Shown here one piece after another: positions 51,416 through 63,218 of a stretch of DNA of 64,000 bases. A model generated the notes under the pieces. It was not told the origin of the DNA. It saw only the letters and a program-made list of their open reading frames with translations, and did not search any database. The number at the start of each line of letters is the position of its first letter. Positions within the stretch are counted from its first letter, which is position 1. The translations under genes were made by a program, and so were the position numbers. This DNA is from a virus (taxonomy: Duplodnaviria > Caudoviricetes): the IMG/VR virus record IMGVR_UViG_2708742532_000007, positions 1 through 64,000 of that record; one strand, written 5' to 3'.

Positions 51416-51805
51416 ATGCTAATAGATAAAGTCTTGTTTAACAACTTCTTCAAGAAGGACAACAAAGACAACTTCATAAACCTAGATATTAACACTTTTG
51501 AATTGTTTGGTGAACTTCTAGCAGCAGGGAAGTTGAAAGGAAATAGGCATAAGAAATTTGCCTTTAGTTGTAAATCAAACAGAGAAGCGGATGGATTATA
51601 TAAGCAAGAAAAAGGGGTTATTAGATTCTATTGGTTTAACATCTACTACTCGTGATTTTCTAATCAGCAACATGAGGGGAGCGAAGTTACAACTTTGTCA
51701 TACCTTGGCTATGAAGTAGCACAAGATTTTTTAGCTAAGTTTAATAGTCGCTATGTGTGTAAGGGACCGCTTTTAAATATATTCGTGAGGGTAAGGCCCG
51801 ATTAG
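51416..51805 (+). pseudogene. Hypothetical gene, probably interrupted by an in-frame TGA at 51653
   Basis: Strong AAGGAG RBS; the frame stays open about 50 codons past the stop. Confidence 0.45.
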
Positions 51806-52009
51806 AAATTTATATAGAAGGTGATGGAAATTGCGAATGTGGTTGAAACTCAGATTTTAAGGAACGAATCAAAAAAAATTTGAAGAAACAACATTATTAA
51901 ATAACGCTCATAATCAAAAATATAGTATATTTTAAAGTTATATAATAATATTTTCGATAGTGTGTATATATGGTTGTTGCAAATATTATTAGAATGACTA
52001 ATAGTAGCA

Positions 52010-52249
52010 TTGGAATTTCAATTGAACAATTTCTTAAAGCAACAGGAGCACAGAAATGAAAATACTTATAGATACAATTTAATAGACATATCAAATTTCT
52101 TTGATACTGTTTTTGGTAGACATTATTCAATCATAACAGCTACTGTATATTACAGCGATAAAACAAGTTTCCTAAAAGGTTTGACAGAATTAGCGTTTAA
52201 AACTAAACTTCCTAAAGATACGGTAAATATAGAAAAAATAGGTTTTTAG
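52010..52249 (+). CDS. Hypothetical protein or gene remnant
   Basis: Short ORF, weak RBS. Confidence 0.3.
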   Translation: MEFQLNNFLKQQEHRNENTYRYNLIDISNFFDTVFGRHYSIITATVYYSDKTSFLKGLTELAFKTKLPKDTVNIEKIGF

Positions 52250-52555
52250 CTACTGTTATACTGAAAGGTTTATGTTGAATAAAAAAATCAAAATTGTATT
52301 AAAGTTATATATTTACATTGGTGGTAATGACGTCAGAGGAGTGCGACTGAGATGTTGTTAATCTGGATATATTTTAGTAAGTGGAATGGGGAAAGGTGAT
52401 TAAAAACGGACTGGAAAAATGAGTTAAAAAGATTCGGAATAAGCGTAATCCAGCCCATTCTAATTAGAAAAAGTTATTGTGAGTAACTTAATAATATGTT
52501 ATGATATAATAGTTTTTAGAAATGCATTATATAGCATGAAGGGAGACATATTGTT

Positions 52556-53869
52556 GTGAGTACTTACAATGACTTCATCCAATCAGTTAAAGATAACATT
52601 CATAAAATACATGAAAACAATAAAACTAGAAGGGAAGTAGAAAATCAATTAGCGATATATGGTATTAATAAAGGGGAACTTCAAAGATACTTTAATGATA
52701 TTGACACACTTGATGAAATAGATATAAGAGCAATAGCACTAATAGGTGAACAAATATATATAAAATTTGGTATCGAAAGTCTTGACCTTAAAAAAACATT
52801 TAATAAAAATGAATTGAACGATATTAGAGTTTTTTATAACACAAAGCAAAATGATTATATAGATTATCCAATTGTGATACATGATGTAACAATGATTGGT
52901 CAAGGTAGTTATGTTTTTCCAATTGATTATAAATTCATAGCAAGGCTGTATAATAGTAATAAACTGAATTATAATTTTGAAGTTCAAAGGCAACCGAAAT
53001 TTGTCAAAAGGAAAGACAGAGTTATCAAAGCCCCTTTTATCAATCAGAATAGTGTCAAAGAAATTACTAAGCACTTATTAAACGGTACGTTAGTTCCTAC
53101 AAATATTGTGTATAATGCCAGTCTAGGTAGTTCTAATGAGAGTGAAGAATTAATCTACAATAGCAAAGAAAGAACTCTAACAATAACAGACGGAACACGT
53201 TTGGATATATTAGATGGTATGCACAGAACGATTTCCTGTTTAAGAGCTTACTCAGTGAATAAAGATTTGGATTTTAATTTTATTGGACTTCTTTTTAATT
53301 TCACAACGAAACAGGCTCAGAACTATCAGAGCCAACTAGCAAAAGCTAACCCTATTCCTAAGAGCAGAATACAGGAACTTGAAGCAAGTAGATACGCTGA
53401 CTTTGTAGTTCAACAATTGCGCATAGATAGTGAATTGAAGGATAGAATAACGTCTAGAGACAGACTAGGAAAAGGCACAAATGAACTAGTGAGCTACGCT
53501 GTAATATCCAATGCAATTGACAGTACTTTTGAAATGAAAAATAAACTCGAAGCGCTTGGAAATTATAATTATTTATCAGAGTACTTTACTTACTTATTTG
53601 GTTACTTCCAAGAAGATTTAGAACAACTAGACAATGGTAACTTAATGTTTTATAACAAGATGTTCATAGGACACATAAAATTAGCAAAGCGAATGAAAGA
53701 ACACAACATACCTTTAAGCAACCTCAATCATATTTTGAGTGGTATAGACTTCAATAGGGAAAATAAGATTTTTAAAGACTATGGAATAGTTGTAAACGGT
53801 AAGGTAGCTAATAAAATTGAAAAATCCATAATAAAACTATTTGATGATATTGAGCTAAAGGGGAAATAG
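52556..53869 (+). CDS. DGQHR/DndB-like domain protein (SPbeta YopQ-like)
   Basis: YNFEVQR, LDILDGMHR; directly upstream of the YopR-like gene. Confidence 0.75.
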   Translation: MSTYNDFIQSVKDNIHKIHENNKTRREVENQLAIYGINKGELQRYFNDIDTLDEIDIRAIALIGEQIYIKFGIESLDLKKTFNKNELNDIRVFYNTKQNDYIDYPIVIHDVTMIGQGSYVFPIDYKFIARLYNSNKLNYNFEVQRQPKFVKRKDRVIKAPFINQNSVKEITKHLLNGTLVPTNIVYNASLGSSNESEELIYNSKERTLTITDGTRLDILDGMHRTISCLRAYSVNKDLDFNFIGLLFNFTTKQAQNYQSQLAKANPIPKSRIQELEASRYADFVVQQLRIDSELKDRITSRDRLGKGTNELVSYAVISNAIDSTFEMKNKLEALGNYNYLSEYFTYLFGYFQEDLEQLDNGNLMFYNKMFIGHIKLAKRMKEHNIPLSNLNHILSGIDFNRENKIFKDYGIVVNGKVANKIEKSIIKLFDDIELKGK

Positions 53870-53872
53870 ATA

Positions 53873-54895
53873 ATGACAATTCAAAACAATGTTTTAAAAT
53901 TTGATAAATTATATAACGGTGAAGAAAAAAAGGCTTTTATTAATCAATATGAATCAGTTGATAGTCAGTTAACAATTTATTGGCAATTCCTAAAAGTAGC
54001 ACCTTTTGAATTTCAAGCAAATAAAGATATGTCAGAAATGACAGGCGCAGAAATAAAAGAAATGTTATTAAGCGCTGAGTGTTCAACAATAACAAGTGCT
54101 ATCAATCATATTAATACTTATAAACGATATATTGATTACATGACAACTACAAGCCCATTCTATGAGTTTGAAAGCTATTCAGAGCTTGCAAGTGAGATAG
54201 TAGCAAAGGAGAAAAACAAGCGCTACAGCAAAGAGGAATTAATGTTCATGTTAGATGAATTAAATAACTACACTGACCAAGCATTGTTACTAGCTTTATT
54301 TGAGGGAATCAAAGGTAAATCATTTAGTGAATTATTAACATTAAAAAGAGAAAATCTTCATGTGATAGAGGAAAAAGGCTTCGAAGACTACTATGTTGCA
54401 GATGTATATGACGAAGGAACTAAAGAAATTAGACGAGTAAGAATAAGCGAAGATCTTTATAAATTACTTATTTTGGCAGATAAACAAACAGCATATAGAA
54501 CAAACAATCAAGATGAAATCATAGAGACCCCTTTTAATGAATATGAATATATTTTTAAGAAAGCAAAAAAAGGAAGACAGGGCGGTAATGTATTAGACAG
54601 ACATTTCATCACTAGAAAGTTTGTATTCTTTAAAGAGTTCTTTGGTAACATCTATTTAACTGCGGAAGACATTGTTCAAAGTGGTATGATGTATATGGCA
54701 TATACTTTGTTCAAACAAAGTGGAAAACTAGGAAAAACGGAGCTTTTAACTATTGGAGAGCATTACGATACTATTATGGCAACATCAAATGGAAAAGACT
54801 ATTATAGAAATATAACCGACTTAAAAAGAAAAATATTTAATGAGCAATTAGGGAAACTATATAGTGAGCTAGAAGGTGTTGAATATTCTGATTGA
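53873..54895 (+). CDS. Recombinase-fold phage repressor (SPbeta YopR/MrpR-like)
   Basis: LLALFEGIKGKSFSELLTLK integrase box I variant with no catalytic R or HxxR; IVQSGMMY motif. Confidence 0.72.
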   Translation: MTIQNNVLKFDKLYNGEEKKAFINQYESVDSQLTIYWQFLKVAPFEFQANKDMSEMTGAEIKEMLLSAECSTITSAINHINTYKRYIDYMTTTSPFYEFESYSELASEIVAKEKNKRYSKEELMFMLDELNNYTDQALLLALFEGIKGKSFSELLTLKRENLHVIEEKGFEDYYVADVYDEGTKEIRRVRISEDLYKLLILADKQTAYRTNNQDEIIETPFNEYEYIFKKAKKGRQGGNVLDRHFITRKFVFFKEFFGNIYLTAEDIVQSGMMYMAYTLFKQSGKLGKTELLTIGEHYDTIMATSNGKDYYRNITDLKRKIFNEQLGKLYSELEGVEYSD

Positions 54896-54903
54896 TACAT
54901 TCT

Positions 54904-54939
54904 TTTTAGTGGCATTGTGCTTCCACAGTGTCACTAAAA
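54904..54939 (+). terminator. Hairpin after the repressor operon
   Basis: TTTTAGTGGCATTGTG / CACAGTGTCACTAAAA inverted repeat. Confidence 0.6.
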
Positions 54940-55247
54940 CATAGGTATTAAATTATCACTACACCTTAAAAACGACAATTAGTTGTTAATTTCAACATAT
55001 TTGGTTGTCGGTTGTTAAATGTTTCTATAAGTAATATAATAATATTTAAGAATCGACAAGCGTATATGTGATAAAATGACTACTGCTAGTATAGCTTTTT
55101 GACACGGAAGCCCTTGTTTATGTTCTATCAAGATGTTATAATTGACTATGTTGTCAAAAGTAACTAATAGGGCAAGCGTTTCTAGTAATAGTTACATATA
55201 CCTTCAAAAGAGAAAATAAAACATATCGTTGGGGGAAAAACTAAACA

Positions 55248-55625
55248 ATGGCACATCCTATTAGTATTCGATTAATGATGAAAACACATGCAAGTAAGAA
55301 ATTTGACGAGTTGATTGAGCAATTTGAATATGCTCAAATGCTTATTTTATTAACTAAAGAGGGAAACTTCCATAGTTATCCAATTGAGGATAGAGAACAA
55401 GACGATGACGAGTTCTATGTTGATTTGATTTTTGGAGACATGAAAGCTTTTAAAAAAGAAAAAGAAGTATTTGAAAAATTACAAAGTGTTCATTTTGAAA
55501 GTGATAATGGCGAACTATTTGAGTTTAAGTTTCTTGAGTCATTGAGTGTTATTGAAGTAGTAGAACTGTCTGACATCGACACTATCTTATACAATCCAAA
55601 AACACTTGAAGCGTTGCTCGATTAA
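55248..55625 (+). CDS. Hypothetical acidic protein
   Basis: 125-aa ORF with a GGGGGA RBS. Confidence 0.65.
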   Translation: MAHPISIRLMMKTHASKKFDELIEQFEYAQMLILLTKEGNFHSYPIEDREQDDDEFYVDLIFGDMKAFKKEKEVFEKLQSVHFESDNGELFEFKFLESLSVIEVVELSDIDTILYNPKTLEALLD

Positions 55626-56675
55626 GCTTTACAAAAAAAGTAGCAAAATGACTAATAAACCTTTATAGTAAGTCGATTATTTTATGATTTATGAAAGTGG
55701 TTAGTGTTTATAACACTAATCGTGTATCACAGAAAAATTTTATTATAGCCGATACAATCGTTTTGTATACAAGCGGTGCATGGGTACTAGAATAGTACTA
55801 AAGAATCATATGATTAAGAGCTTTAAATCAGTTATTTTTGAGTTGGTTGCCATTATGATAAACAAAATATCGATAAACATTTAGACAATCTAAAATTCAA
55901 TCTAAGTGGTATGTTTCGTACTATGCTTATGTACATTGGTTGCAAATTGAAATTAAACAGCACCTCAAACTGAAGTGAATAAAATATCTTAAAGTAATCC
56001 TTATGTAATACCGAACTCATTTCATTTTAAGACGGGGCTTTTTAAAAGTTGGAGTGGAAGTACACCTACATAAGTTGAGGGTGTTGAAATCAAACAAACA
56101 CACCAATGTAACATCGAGAAAGTTTTTCAGACGTTATTCATATCAATTTCATATTGGCCAAAACATAGTACAAGGTATTGTAACAGATGTGTGTTTATCT
56201 TATTTTCTAAAAATACCTTGCACTAACAGAAATGTTGTGTGAGGTATTTTTTGTTTTCACAAAACTCGGTTTAAACTACTCAGAAGTGCTGACTACATTT
56301 CTGATAAAATAGCAATTTTACTTGCGAAGGATAGGACAACAAACAAAAAACAACGTAATAAAAAGAAACTAGAAACTGCTATTATCAACGACTTATCTGT
56401 AAGCTACACAGTTGAAGTTAAAGGTAATGGCAAAAAAATTGCTTTAAATAGAACATACATTCGGTTTTGTGTATATTAGTAATGATTAGATTCTTAAAAT
56501 ATCCGTTTCAGATCGGAAATATTAGTTTCTATCAATCATATGACCTATAGCAACACAACACAAGCAGTGAGCTAAAAGTCATAAGCTATATAGGTGTTAC
56601 TAGGGATAGACAGACATGTGAACGCACTACCACGTCTATGCCTAGAACCCTTATATAAGAAAGAAATGAAAGGTA

Positions 56676-57143
56676 ATGGATAAGATGATGTTTTTATATG
56701 AAAGTCTTCATAGCTATCAGAAAGACTTGATAGATGAAGAAATTGAAGAATATATTAAAAAAATGATAATAACTAATCGTGGTTTTAATTACACTGAAAG
56801 TCAATTTCAATCTTTAATAAATGAAATAGTGATATATGGAAAACAAGTCAACAGCTTTTTAGGAGAAGCAGTCAATTGCTTTAATTTAAAACAACTAGTA
56901 GTCAAGTCAAGGGCAATAAAGATAGCCTATGAACTAGAGCAGAGCAATCTAAGAAGTAAAACAAAAAGAGCTCTAGCAAATAAAAGAGAAGAGATTGTAA
57001 ATCAACTTCAAGAAAGCTACGATATAAGTAATGATATAATATCTTATAAGTATTTATTTAAAGATTTTTATATGAATACTGAAAAAATTTCAGAACCACA
57101 TATGGAAGATGAAACAGTGTTTGTGTTTTTTGGAGAGCATTGA
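56676..57143 (+). CDS. Hypothetical protein
   Basis: 155-aa ORF in AT-rich DNA with AAAGG upstream. Confidence 0.6.
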   Translation: MDKMMFLYESLHSYQKDLIDEEIEEYIKKMIITNRGFNYTESQFQSLINEIVIYGKQVNSFLGEAVNCFNLKQLVVKSRAIKIAYELEQSNLRSKTKRALANKREEIVNQLQESYDISNDIISYKYLFKDFYMNTEKISEPHMEDETVFVFFGEH

Positions 57144-58056
57144 TAGGTATAGCTATAGATGTTCTTTTGGATTATTCAATACCAACAGAAGATGATGTAT
57201 ATAACTAGTTAAAAATATTAAGAAAATCATAAGTGCTATTAATCGTAAATCCACAATGACCAGTTGGGAATTAGACAAGTAGAGGAAGATTGGTTCGAAT
57301 AAACTATTAAAAATTTCTTGATTTCTCGTTATATAAGAAATATAATGACATGTAATATTCTTATTTGATTTTCAAAAACAACATAATAACATTATGGTGA
57401 ATTTAGAATAATGCGTGACAAGGAAAAAGATGAAGTATGCATGCATAGCAGAGCAGGGTTTTTGACAATGGGCCTTGTTAGCTTACGAGTGAACCTGATA
57501 CAACTTAAATATTAGGCGACCAGTGAATCAAAGTGGGTTGCGGAAGATTGAATACAGTCCTTTAACTAACAAGTATAAGGAAAGAAAATGATCTTCAGAG
57601 AGATGGTTCATTTAAATGTGAATGTAAAGGAGGCGGTAGCTCAAAAAAGTGATACAAGCTTTGTTCCTTTTCTTGAATGACTATACATATAGCTCTCATA
57701 ACGCTATGACTAGCTCAACTGATTACAAGTCAAACAATACAACCAATACTAGCTTTAAAACTAACGCAAGTTCATAGAAGGGTGGTAGCTAAGTATTAAG
57801 AGCGTAGAAAGTTGTTCTTTTAGAGCATTCCGGTTTCTTCATTGAGATACCTGAACTTGAGTATGGCAGCATATATAAAGCTTTAACTATGCCAAAGGAA
57901 CGTATTGAGGAAATCAAATACGTTTCAGAGAAGCTATAGGTTAAGGTGTATGTTCCAACACTAAATCAAGATGAAATAGTAAAGTAGGTTATTCTAGTAT
58001 GCTAGTTCCTTTCCTTAAATTAGATTACTTGAGATTTGATACAGTGTTAAGTCCCT

Positions 58057-58470
58057 ATGACGTCATTGTTACTAATATTAATCAAAGAAATTGAATTAAA
58101 CAACGTTACACCACTCTTAGTATTGGAAGCACTCTCTATGAATAATGAAAGTCTTTCAAAACAAAAGCTAGTTTCAATTATCAGTCAAGACGTTTGGGGA
58201 TACGCCCAAGTTGACTTCATTAAAAAGATGATTTCAATTATAGATGTATTGACTATCGAAGTGAGTGGAGGTACTTATGAACCTAGCGATTATAAGATAG
58301 ATATTCTTAACATGCCTACTTATCCTTATAAGTTCTTGATATTTACGAGAATGAAAAGGGTAAAAGTAGGAGTTGAACTATTAAGACTTGTGGCACATTT
58401 GCTGTCCTATGGAAATTACATAAGTAGTGATCGAACACCTGAGGAAGTAGAAATTGTTTCTAGATTGTAA
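58057..58470 (+). CDS. Hypothetical protein or remnant of a longer gene
   Basis: 137-aa ORF, no clear RBS, in a decayed region. Confidence 0.4.
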   Translation: MTSLLLILIKEIELNNVTPLLVLEALSMNNESLSKQKLVSIISQDVWGYAQVDFIKKMISIIDVLTIEVSGGTYEPSDYKIDILNMPTYPYKFLIFTRMKRVKVGVELLRLVAHLLSYGNYISSDRTPEEVEIVSRL

Positions 58471-59149
58471 CACCAACATACAACGCACCAATTCCCATTC
58501 AACTTAGATAATAGCTCATACGTTAAAAAACCTTTTCTTAGTAGCGGAGGCTAAAGTGTTGGGATTATTAGAGAGCATGGAACAGTGAATATGATTATGT
58601 TTATCAAAATTTATTGAGCCACCTAAACGACAGGTAATTATTAATGGATTCCAAGAAAAGAGCTATATCATTGGCTCTTTTATCTGTAATGACAAGGATG
58701 TCGGTCTTTCATGTAGATAAGGTGGGGAGATTACCGAATGGGATTCTCAATAGCTAGCAATTGTTCATTTAGAGGAAAAATGAAAGAGGCAATATGATAA
58801 TTACAGCATGGGTATTATTAATATTCTTTTGAGCATTTGGTTTTTGGACTACTGCTCAATACTACTTTGGTAAAAGGACTTTAGGTTATCGAGCTCGTTT
58901 AGGACGAACCTAACTTTATCAGAAACTTGTGGTGGCTACTCAAATGAATCAATGCAGATGTTAACTTGTGTAATCACTAGAATGGAAGAGACTAAAATTA
59001 AAACAGTAATCAAAGAGTTTGATAGTCATTCTTTATAAGAATCACAGTCGTTGCAGAAGTAAAAGGTGGTACTTTCACTAAAAGAGATATTCATTAAAGG
59101 TGGGCTTTTCCTACCCTTTTAATTAATAGATGATTAGGGGCTATTCAAC

Positions 59150-59935
59150 ATGACAATAATTACACTACAACACACACAAGATACATATGAGTCTTTACAA
59201 TTATTCCGATCCATAGAAGAAATGAATAAAGCCGTAATGGCGCATAAACGCTTAAATAAGGAGCAATTAACTAAATCAACATATGCTGTCCTAGACTTCA
59301 TTTCACAGTGGTCTTGCAAGTATGTAGGGGTGAGCTACCTTTGTCAGAAAAGAATCGCGGAGAGCCTAGAAATAAGCTATAAAACGGTTCAAAGATCTAT
59401 TTCTAAATTAGTAGAATTGAACGTTGTGAAGAAGTTTAAAACAAAACGAGCTACAGGTGACAAGCGACAAAGCAGTAATATCATTGTAATTCAACCAGCT
59501 AAAGAAAATGTCCAACCCAAATGTCCACCCGAAGATACTCTTATCAATACTCAAAATATTAATAAAACAAATGATACAGAAAAAGAGGGTCTTTCTTTAA
59601 AAGAAGCTGATAAGGAATCTTTAATTAAAAAAGGATTAGTAAAGAAATTACCTGAAACATTACAACGTGTATTAGCCCCTTTCTTTGACGCAGATGAAAT
59701 TTATAAATTAGCAGGAACTATTTATAAAGCTAAATCTAAGGTTGATAAAGCTATTCAAATTGAAGATTATTCAAATGAATACTACCAATGTATTCTAAGT
59801 GTTATAAATGCCTATAAACGAGGTAAAGCCGATTCATTACATGGTCTGTTGTTCCATGCTATTAAGGCTACAACAAAGACTATATGGCTTAAACAACGTG
59901 CTACAGGTGGTATTTGGTCTTCATTTTTAAGTTGA
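59150..59935 (+). CDS. Winged-HTH protein, possibly replication-initiator-like
   Basis: GVSYLCQKRIAESLEISYKTVQRSISKLVELNVV..GDKRQSSNIIVIQP. Confidence 0.72.
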   Translation: MTIITLQHTQDTYESLQLFRSIEEMNKAVMAHKRLNKEQLTKSTYAVLDFISQWSCKYVGVSYLCQKRIAESLEISYKTVQRSISKLVELNVVKKFKTKRATGDKRQSSNIIVIQPAKENVQPKCPPEDTLINTQNINKTNDTEKEGLSLKEADKESLIKKGLVKKLPETLQRVLAPFFDADEIYKLAGTIYKAKSKVDKAIQIEDYSNEYYQCILSVINAYKRGKADSLHGLLFHAIKATTKTIWLKQRATGGIWSSFLS

Positions 59936-60451
59936 TTTAAAAGTGATATAATAATAACAGATATGAATTTCGAGCTTGTGATGATTGTTGTTCTAACCAT
60001 GAAAAAAGATATGTTTATAGTATTGTCTCCTAAAACGAGTAGACAATTTATTTGAACTTGAATAATCTAGAAATTTAAAATTTTAGACATTTCATTTGGT
60101 AAAACCATAAAATAATATATAATGACAAATGTATTTTTCGTATCTATGATATGAACTATAAAGGTATCACTTGAGAAGTAGTAAAAGAACTATTGGAGTT
60201 TTAGAACGCCACTATCAAGCAATATTGCAGGTTGGCGATAACGTTAAAGAGTGTTTTACAGTGTCAAAATCACTAGATAAGCATATTGAAACTGTCTGAA
60301 CACATCTTGAGTCATATGAAATCATGTATGACATAGTAATTAGCATAAGAGAGGTTTGCTCAAAAGTTATGAAGTCAGAGGAACTTGTAACGATCGAAGG
60401 GAAATGAAGGTCTTAAATGACACATTTTGGAATTGATTGGAGAAAAGGAAT

Positions 60452-60967
60452 TTGACTAAAGAAAGTATCAGGTTCGTGGGCATTGACCCATCAACTAAAA
60501 CAGGTTTTGTTATTCTTGATTCTAACGGTGAGGTAGTTGTAGAAGAAGAAATTCGAGCAACAGCTACAAAAGACCCTGCTAGAATGATTGGAATAGCAAA
60601 ACAAATTAAATCGTACTTGCAACCAAATGACAAAGTTGTTATTGAAGGTTTCGCTTACGGTGCTAAGGGTAAAGCAGTAGACTTCCAATATGGACTAGGT
60701 TGGTTAATCAGAGCTATGCTTTTTACTGAAAAGTTCGGTTATTCTGACGCTACACCAAGTCAGGTGAAGAAGTTTGCCAGCAACAAAGGGAACGCAAAGA
60801 AGGAAGATTTAGTGCTACCACTGTATAAGAAGTGGGGTTATGAACACCACTCAGATAATGTGCGTGACGCATACATTATGGCTCGTATGGCGTACAACAT
60901 GTATAATCACGCTGGATTGCAGAAATACGAGCAAGAGGTACTGAGTAAAATGATAAAGCCAAAATAA
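60452..60967 (+). CDS. ruvC: RuvC-like Holliday junction resolvase
   Basis: FVGIDPSTKTG, VVIEGF, PSQVKKFA..GNAKKE, DNVRDA; TTG start behind AAAAGGA. Confidence 0.85.
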   Translation: MTKESIRFVGIDPSTKTGFVILDSNGEVVVEEEIRATATKDPARMIGIAKQIKSYLQPNDKVVIEGFAYGAKGKAVDFQYGLGWLIRAMLFTEKFGYSDATPSQVKKFASNKGNAKKEDLVLPLYKKWGYEHHSDNVRDAYIMARMAYNMYNHAGLQKYEQEVLSKMIKPK

Positions 60968-61118
60968 TAATAAATTGTAAAAAATAATAATTTATAAAAG
61001 GGTTATTAAAATCACTTTACAAAAATAACATAATAATATAATCTGAAAATTATATATTGGTGGCTTGTTAGTTACTTAACAAAAAGCATAATAAGATTTG
61101 AAAGGTAGGGATTGTAAA

Positions 61119-62099
61119 ATGGCAGAACAATTATTACGAGAAGCATTAAATAAAATTGAGATAGTTGGTTTCGCTCAAGAATCAACACTCGAAAAGAAAG
61201 AGTTCAAAGACAACATAGGTAAACCTTACACATGTATAAGCGGTGACATTACTGTTAAAATCAGTGAGGAAGAAACTCAGGTTGTGTCTTACTTCGCAAA
61301 AGAGCTTACACAAAAAGGCGAAGTAAATAAAAACTACAAAGCCTTAACTACTATCATGAATGAACTAGTTACTGTTGCTGACGTTGCTCAAGGAGTATCA
61401 GAAGGTGAGCCTTCCCGTATTGAATGTCAAGGTAAATTAACTCTAAATGAGTACAAAGGCAATGATGGAGAAGTTAAATCATTCCCTAAAATTAGTGGTC
61501 AATACGCACCTATTCGCTACAAAGGCGAAGCAAAAGATTTCAATCCAAAAGCTAAGTTTGATATTGAGGGAATCGTGAAATCACTTAAAGCAGAAACAGA
61601 TAAAGATGAAAATGAAACAGGTCGATTAAAAATTCAGCTTTACGTTCCTTTGTATGGTGGGAAAACAATTCCATTAACATTTGTAACAGGTGAAACATTG
61701 CCACAAGGCGGTAAAGACTACTTAACTGACAACTTCCAATCTCGTGCTTCTGTGCGTATTTACGGTGATTTAGTTAACAAGTCTAAAAAAATCGAACGTG
61801 TAATTGAATCAGGTTTCGGTGAAAACAAAACTGACGTAACTTATGAGCGTACTCGTGAGTTTATCGCAACAGGCGGTACATTATACGAGGAAGGTGTTCA
61901 CAAAGAAGTATTCGACATTTCACTTCTTAAAGAAGCATTAGCTAATCGTGAGCGTCATTTATCAGCACTAAAAGAGAAAGAAAAAACTGATGATAAACCA
62001 AAACCAACAGCAGGTTTTGGTAATGGTTCTCAACAAACAAATGCTAAAACAAATGAAAAACAAGATGATGGTTTAGATGATTTATTTGGTGAAGATTAA
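61119..62099 (+). CDS. Probable ssDNA-binding protein (YorF-like)
   Basis: Two OB-fold-like halves and an acidic aromatic tail DDGLDDLFGED; upstream of the Sak4-like ATPase. Confidence 0.68.
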   Translation: MAEQLLREALNKIEIVGFAQESTLEKKEFKDNIGKPYTCISGDITVKISEEETQVVSYFAKELTQKGEVNKNYKALTTIMNELVTVADVAQGVSEGEPSRIECQGKLTLNEYKGNDGEVKSFPKISGQYAPIRYKGEAKDFNPKAKFDIEGIVKSLKAETDKDENETGRLKIQLYVPLYGGKTIPLTFVTGETLPQGGKDYLTDNFQSRASVRIYGDLVNKSKKIERVIESGFGENKTDVTYERTREFIATGGTLYEEGVHKEVFDISLLKEALANRERHLSALKEKEKTDDKPKPTAGFGNGSQQTNAKTNEKQDDGLDDLFGED

Positions 62100-62143
62100 T
62101 TCTTCTAAGTAATGAAATAATATCGTAGATTTCGATAATTAAA

Positions 62144-62198
62144 AAGAAGGTTGACAATCACCACTTTCTTTTCTGAATAGGCGGTTGTCAACCTTCTT
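62144..62198. repeat. 19-bp imperfect inverted repeat
   Basis: AAGAAGGTTGACAATCACC / GGCGGTTGTCAACCTTCTT. Confidence 0.75.
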
Positions 62199-62237
62199 CT
62201 ATTGAATAAATTTTAACAGAAAATGGAGAGTTAAACA

Positions 62238-63218
62238 ATGACAATCGACTTATTAGCTATTCAACCACATCAAATTTCTCGTGATCTTCGTGAAAAAATC
62301 GTAGTAATCTACGGTGAGCCAAAGGTTGGTAAAACAACTATAGCTTCACAATTTCCCAAAGCTTTATTACTAGCGTTTGAAAAAGGCTATAACGCTCTTG
62401 CGGGTGTTATGGCACAAAACGTTACTAAGTGGGCTGACTTCAAGAAGGTATTACGACAACTTGAAAACGCTCAAGTTAAAGAAAAATTTGAAACTATTAT
62501 TGTAGATACAGCAGACTTATCTTATGCTTCATGCGAGAAGTTCATTCTTCAACGTGAAGGCGTAGATAAAATCGGTGATATTCCTTACGGTGGGGGCTAT
62601 AAATTAGTTCGTGACGAGTTCGATACAGTGTTACGGTCAATCCCAATGATGGGTTATGGTCTTGTAATGATTTCACATGCTCAAGTACAAACGATTACAG
62701 CAGAAGATGGAGCAGAGTATTCAAAAACAGTACCGACATTAACAAAACAGCCTCGTGGTATCGTGCTGTCAATGGCTGACATTATCGGTTACGCTAAGTC
62801 AATCGAACGTGAAGGTGAATCTAAAACAGCATTATTCTTACGTGGTACACAACAATTTGAAGCGGGTTCACGTTTTAAACATACACCACCTGTTATCAAA
62901 TTTGAATATGAAGCCCTAGTGAAAGCAATCGCTGACGCTATTGAAAAAGAAGAAGTTGAAAAAGGTCAAACAACAGTAGTTGAAAAAGGAGTTAACTTAT
63001 ACGCTGAGGAAGAACTACTATCGTTTGAAGATTTAAAAACTGAAATCAAAGACCTTACAGCTAAATTAGTTGAAAAACAAGGTGCTAACGTTGCGAAAAA
63101 AACAATGAACAACCTTGTGGAACTACACTTAGGAAAAAGTCGAACTCTAAAAGATGTGACAGAATCGCAAATAGAACAACTGTCTTTAATTGCTTATGAT
63201 TTAAAACAAATGTTGTAA
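62238..63218 (+). CDS. AAA_24/Sak4-like ATPase (YorG-like)
   Basis: IYGEPKVGKTT, LLAFEKG, IIVDTAD, PYGGGY, MISH, AGSRF. Confidence 0.85.
   Translation: MTIDLLAIQPHQISRDLREKIVVIYGEPKVGKTTIASQFPKALLLAFEKGYNALAGVMAQNVTKWADFKKVLRQLENAQVKEKFETIIVDTADLSYASCEKFILQREGVDKIGDIPYGGGYKLVRDEFDTVLRSIPMMGYGLVMISHAQVQTITAEDGAEYSKTVPTLTKQPRGIVLSMADIIGYAKSIEREGESKTALFLRGTQQFEAGSRFKHTPPVIKFEYEALVKAIADAIEKEEVEKGQTTVVEKGVNLYAEEELLSFEDLKTEIKDLTAKLVEKQGANVAKKTMNNLVELHLGKSRTLKDVTESQIEQLSLIAYDLKQML

Noticed and set aside
52556-53869. Dnd phosphorothioation defence system
   Set aside because: Only a DGQHR-like domain is present, with no dndACDE; the context fits a YopQ-like phage regulator.
53873-54895. Prophage integrase
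   Set aside because: Lacks the catalytic R and HxxR pattern; fits a recombinase-fold repressor better.
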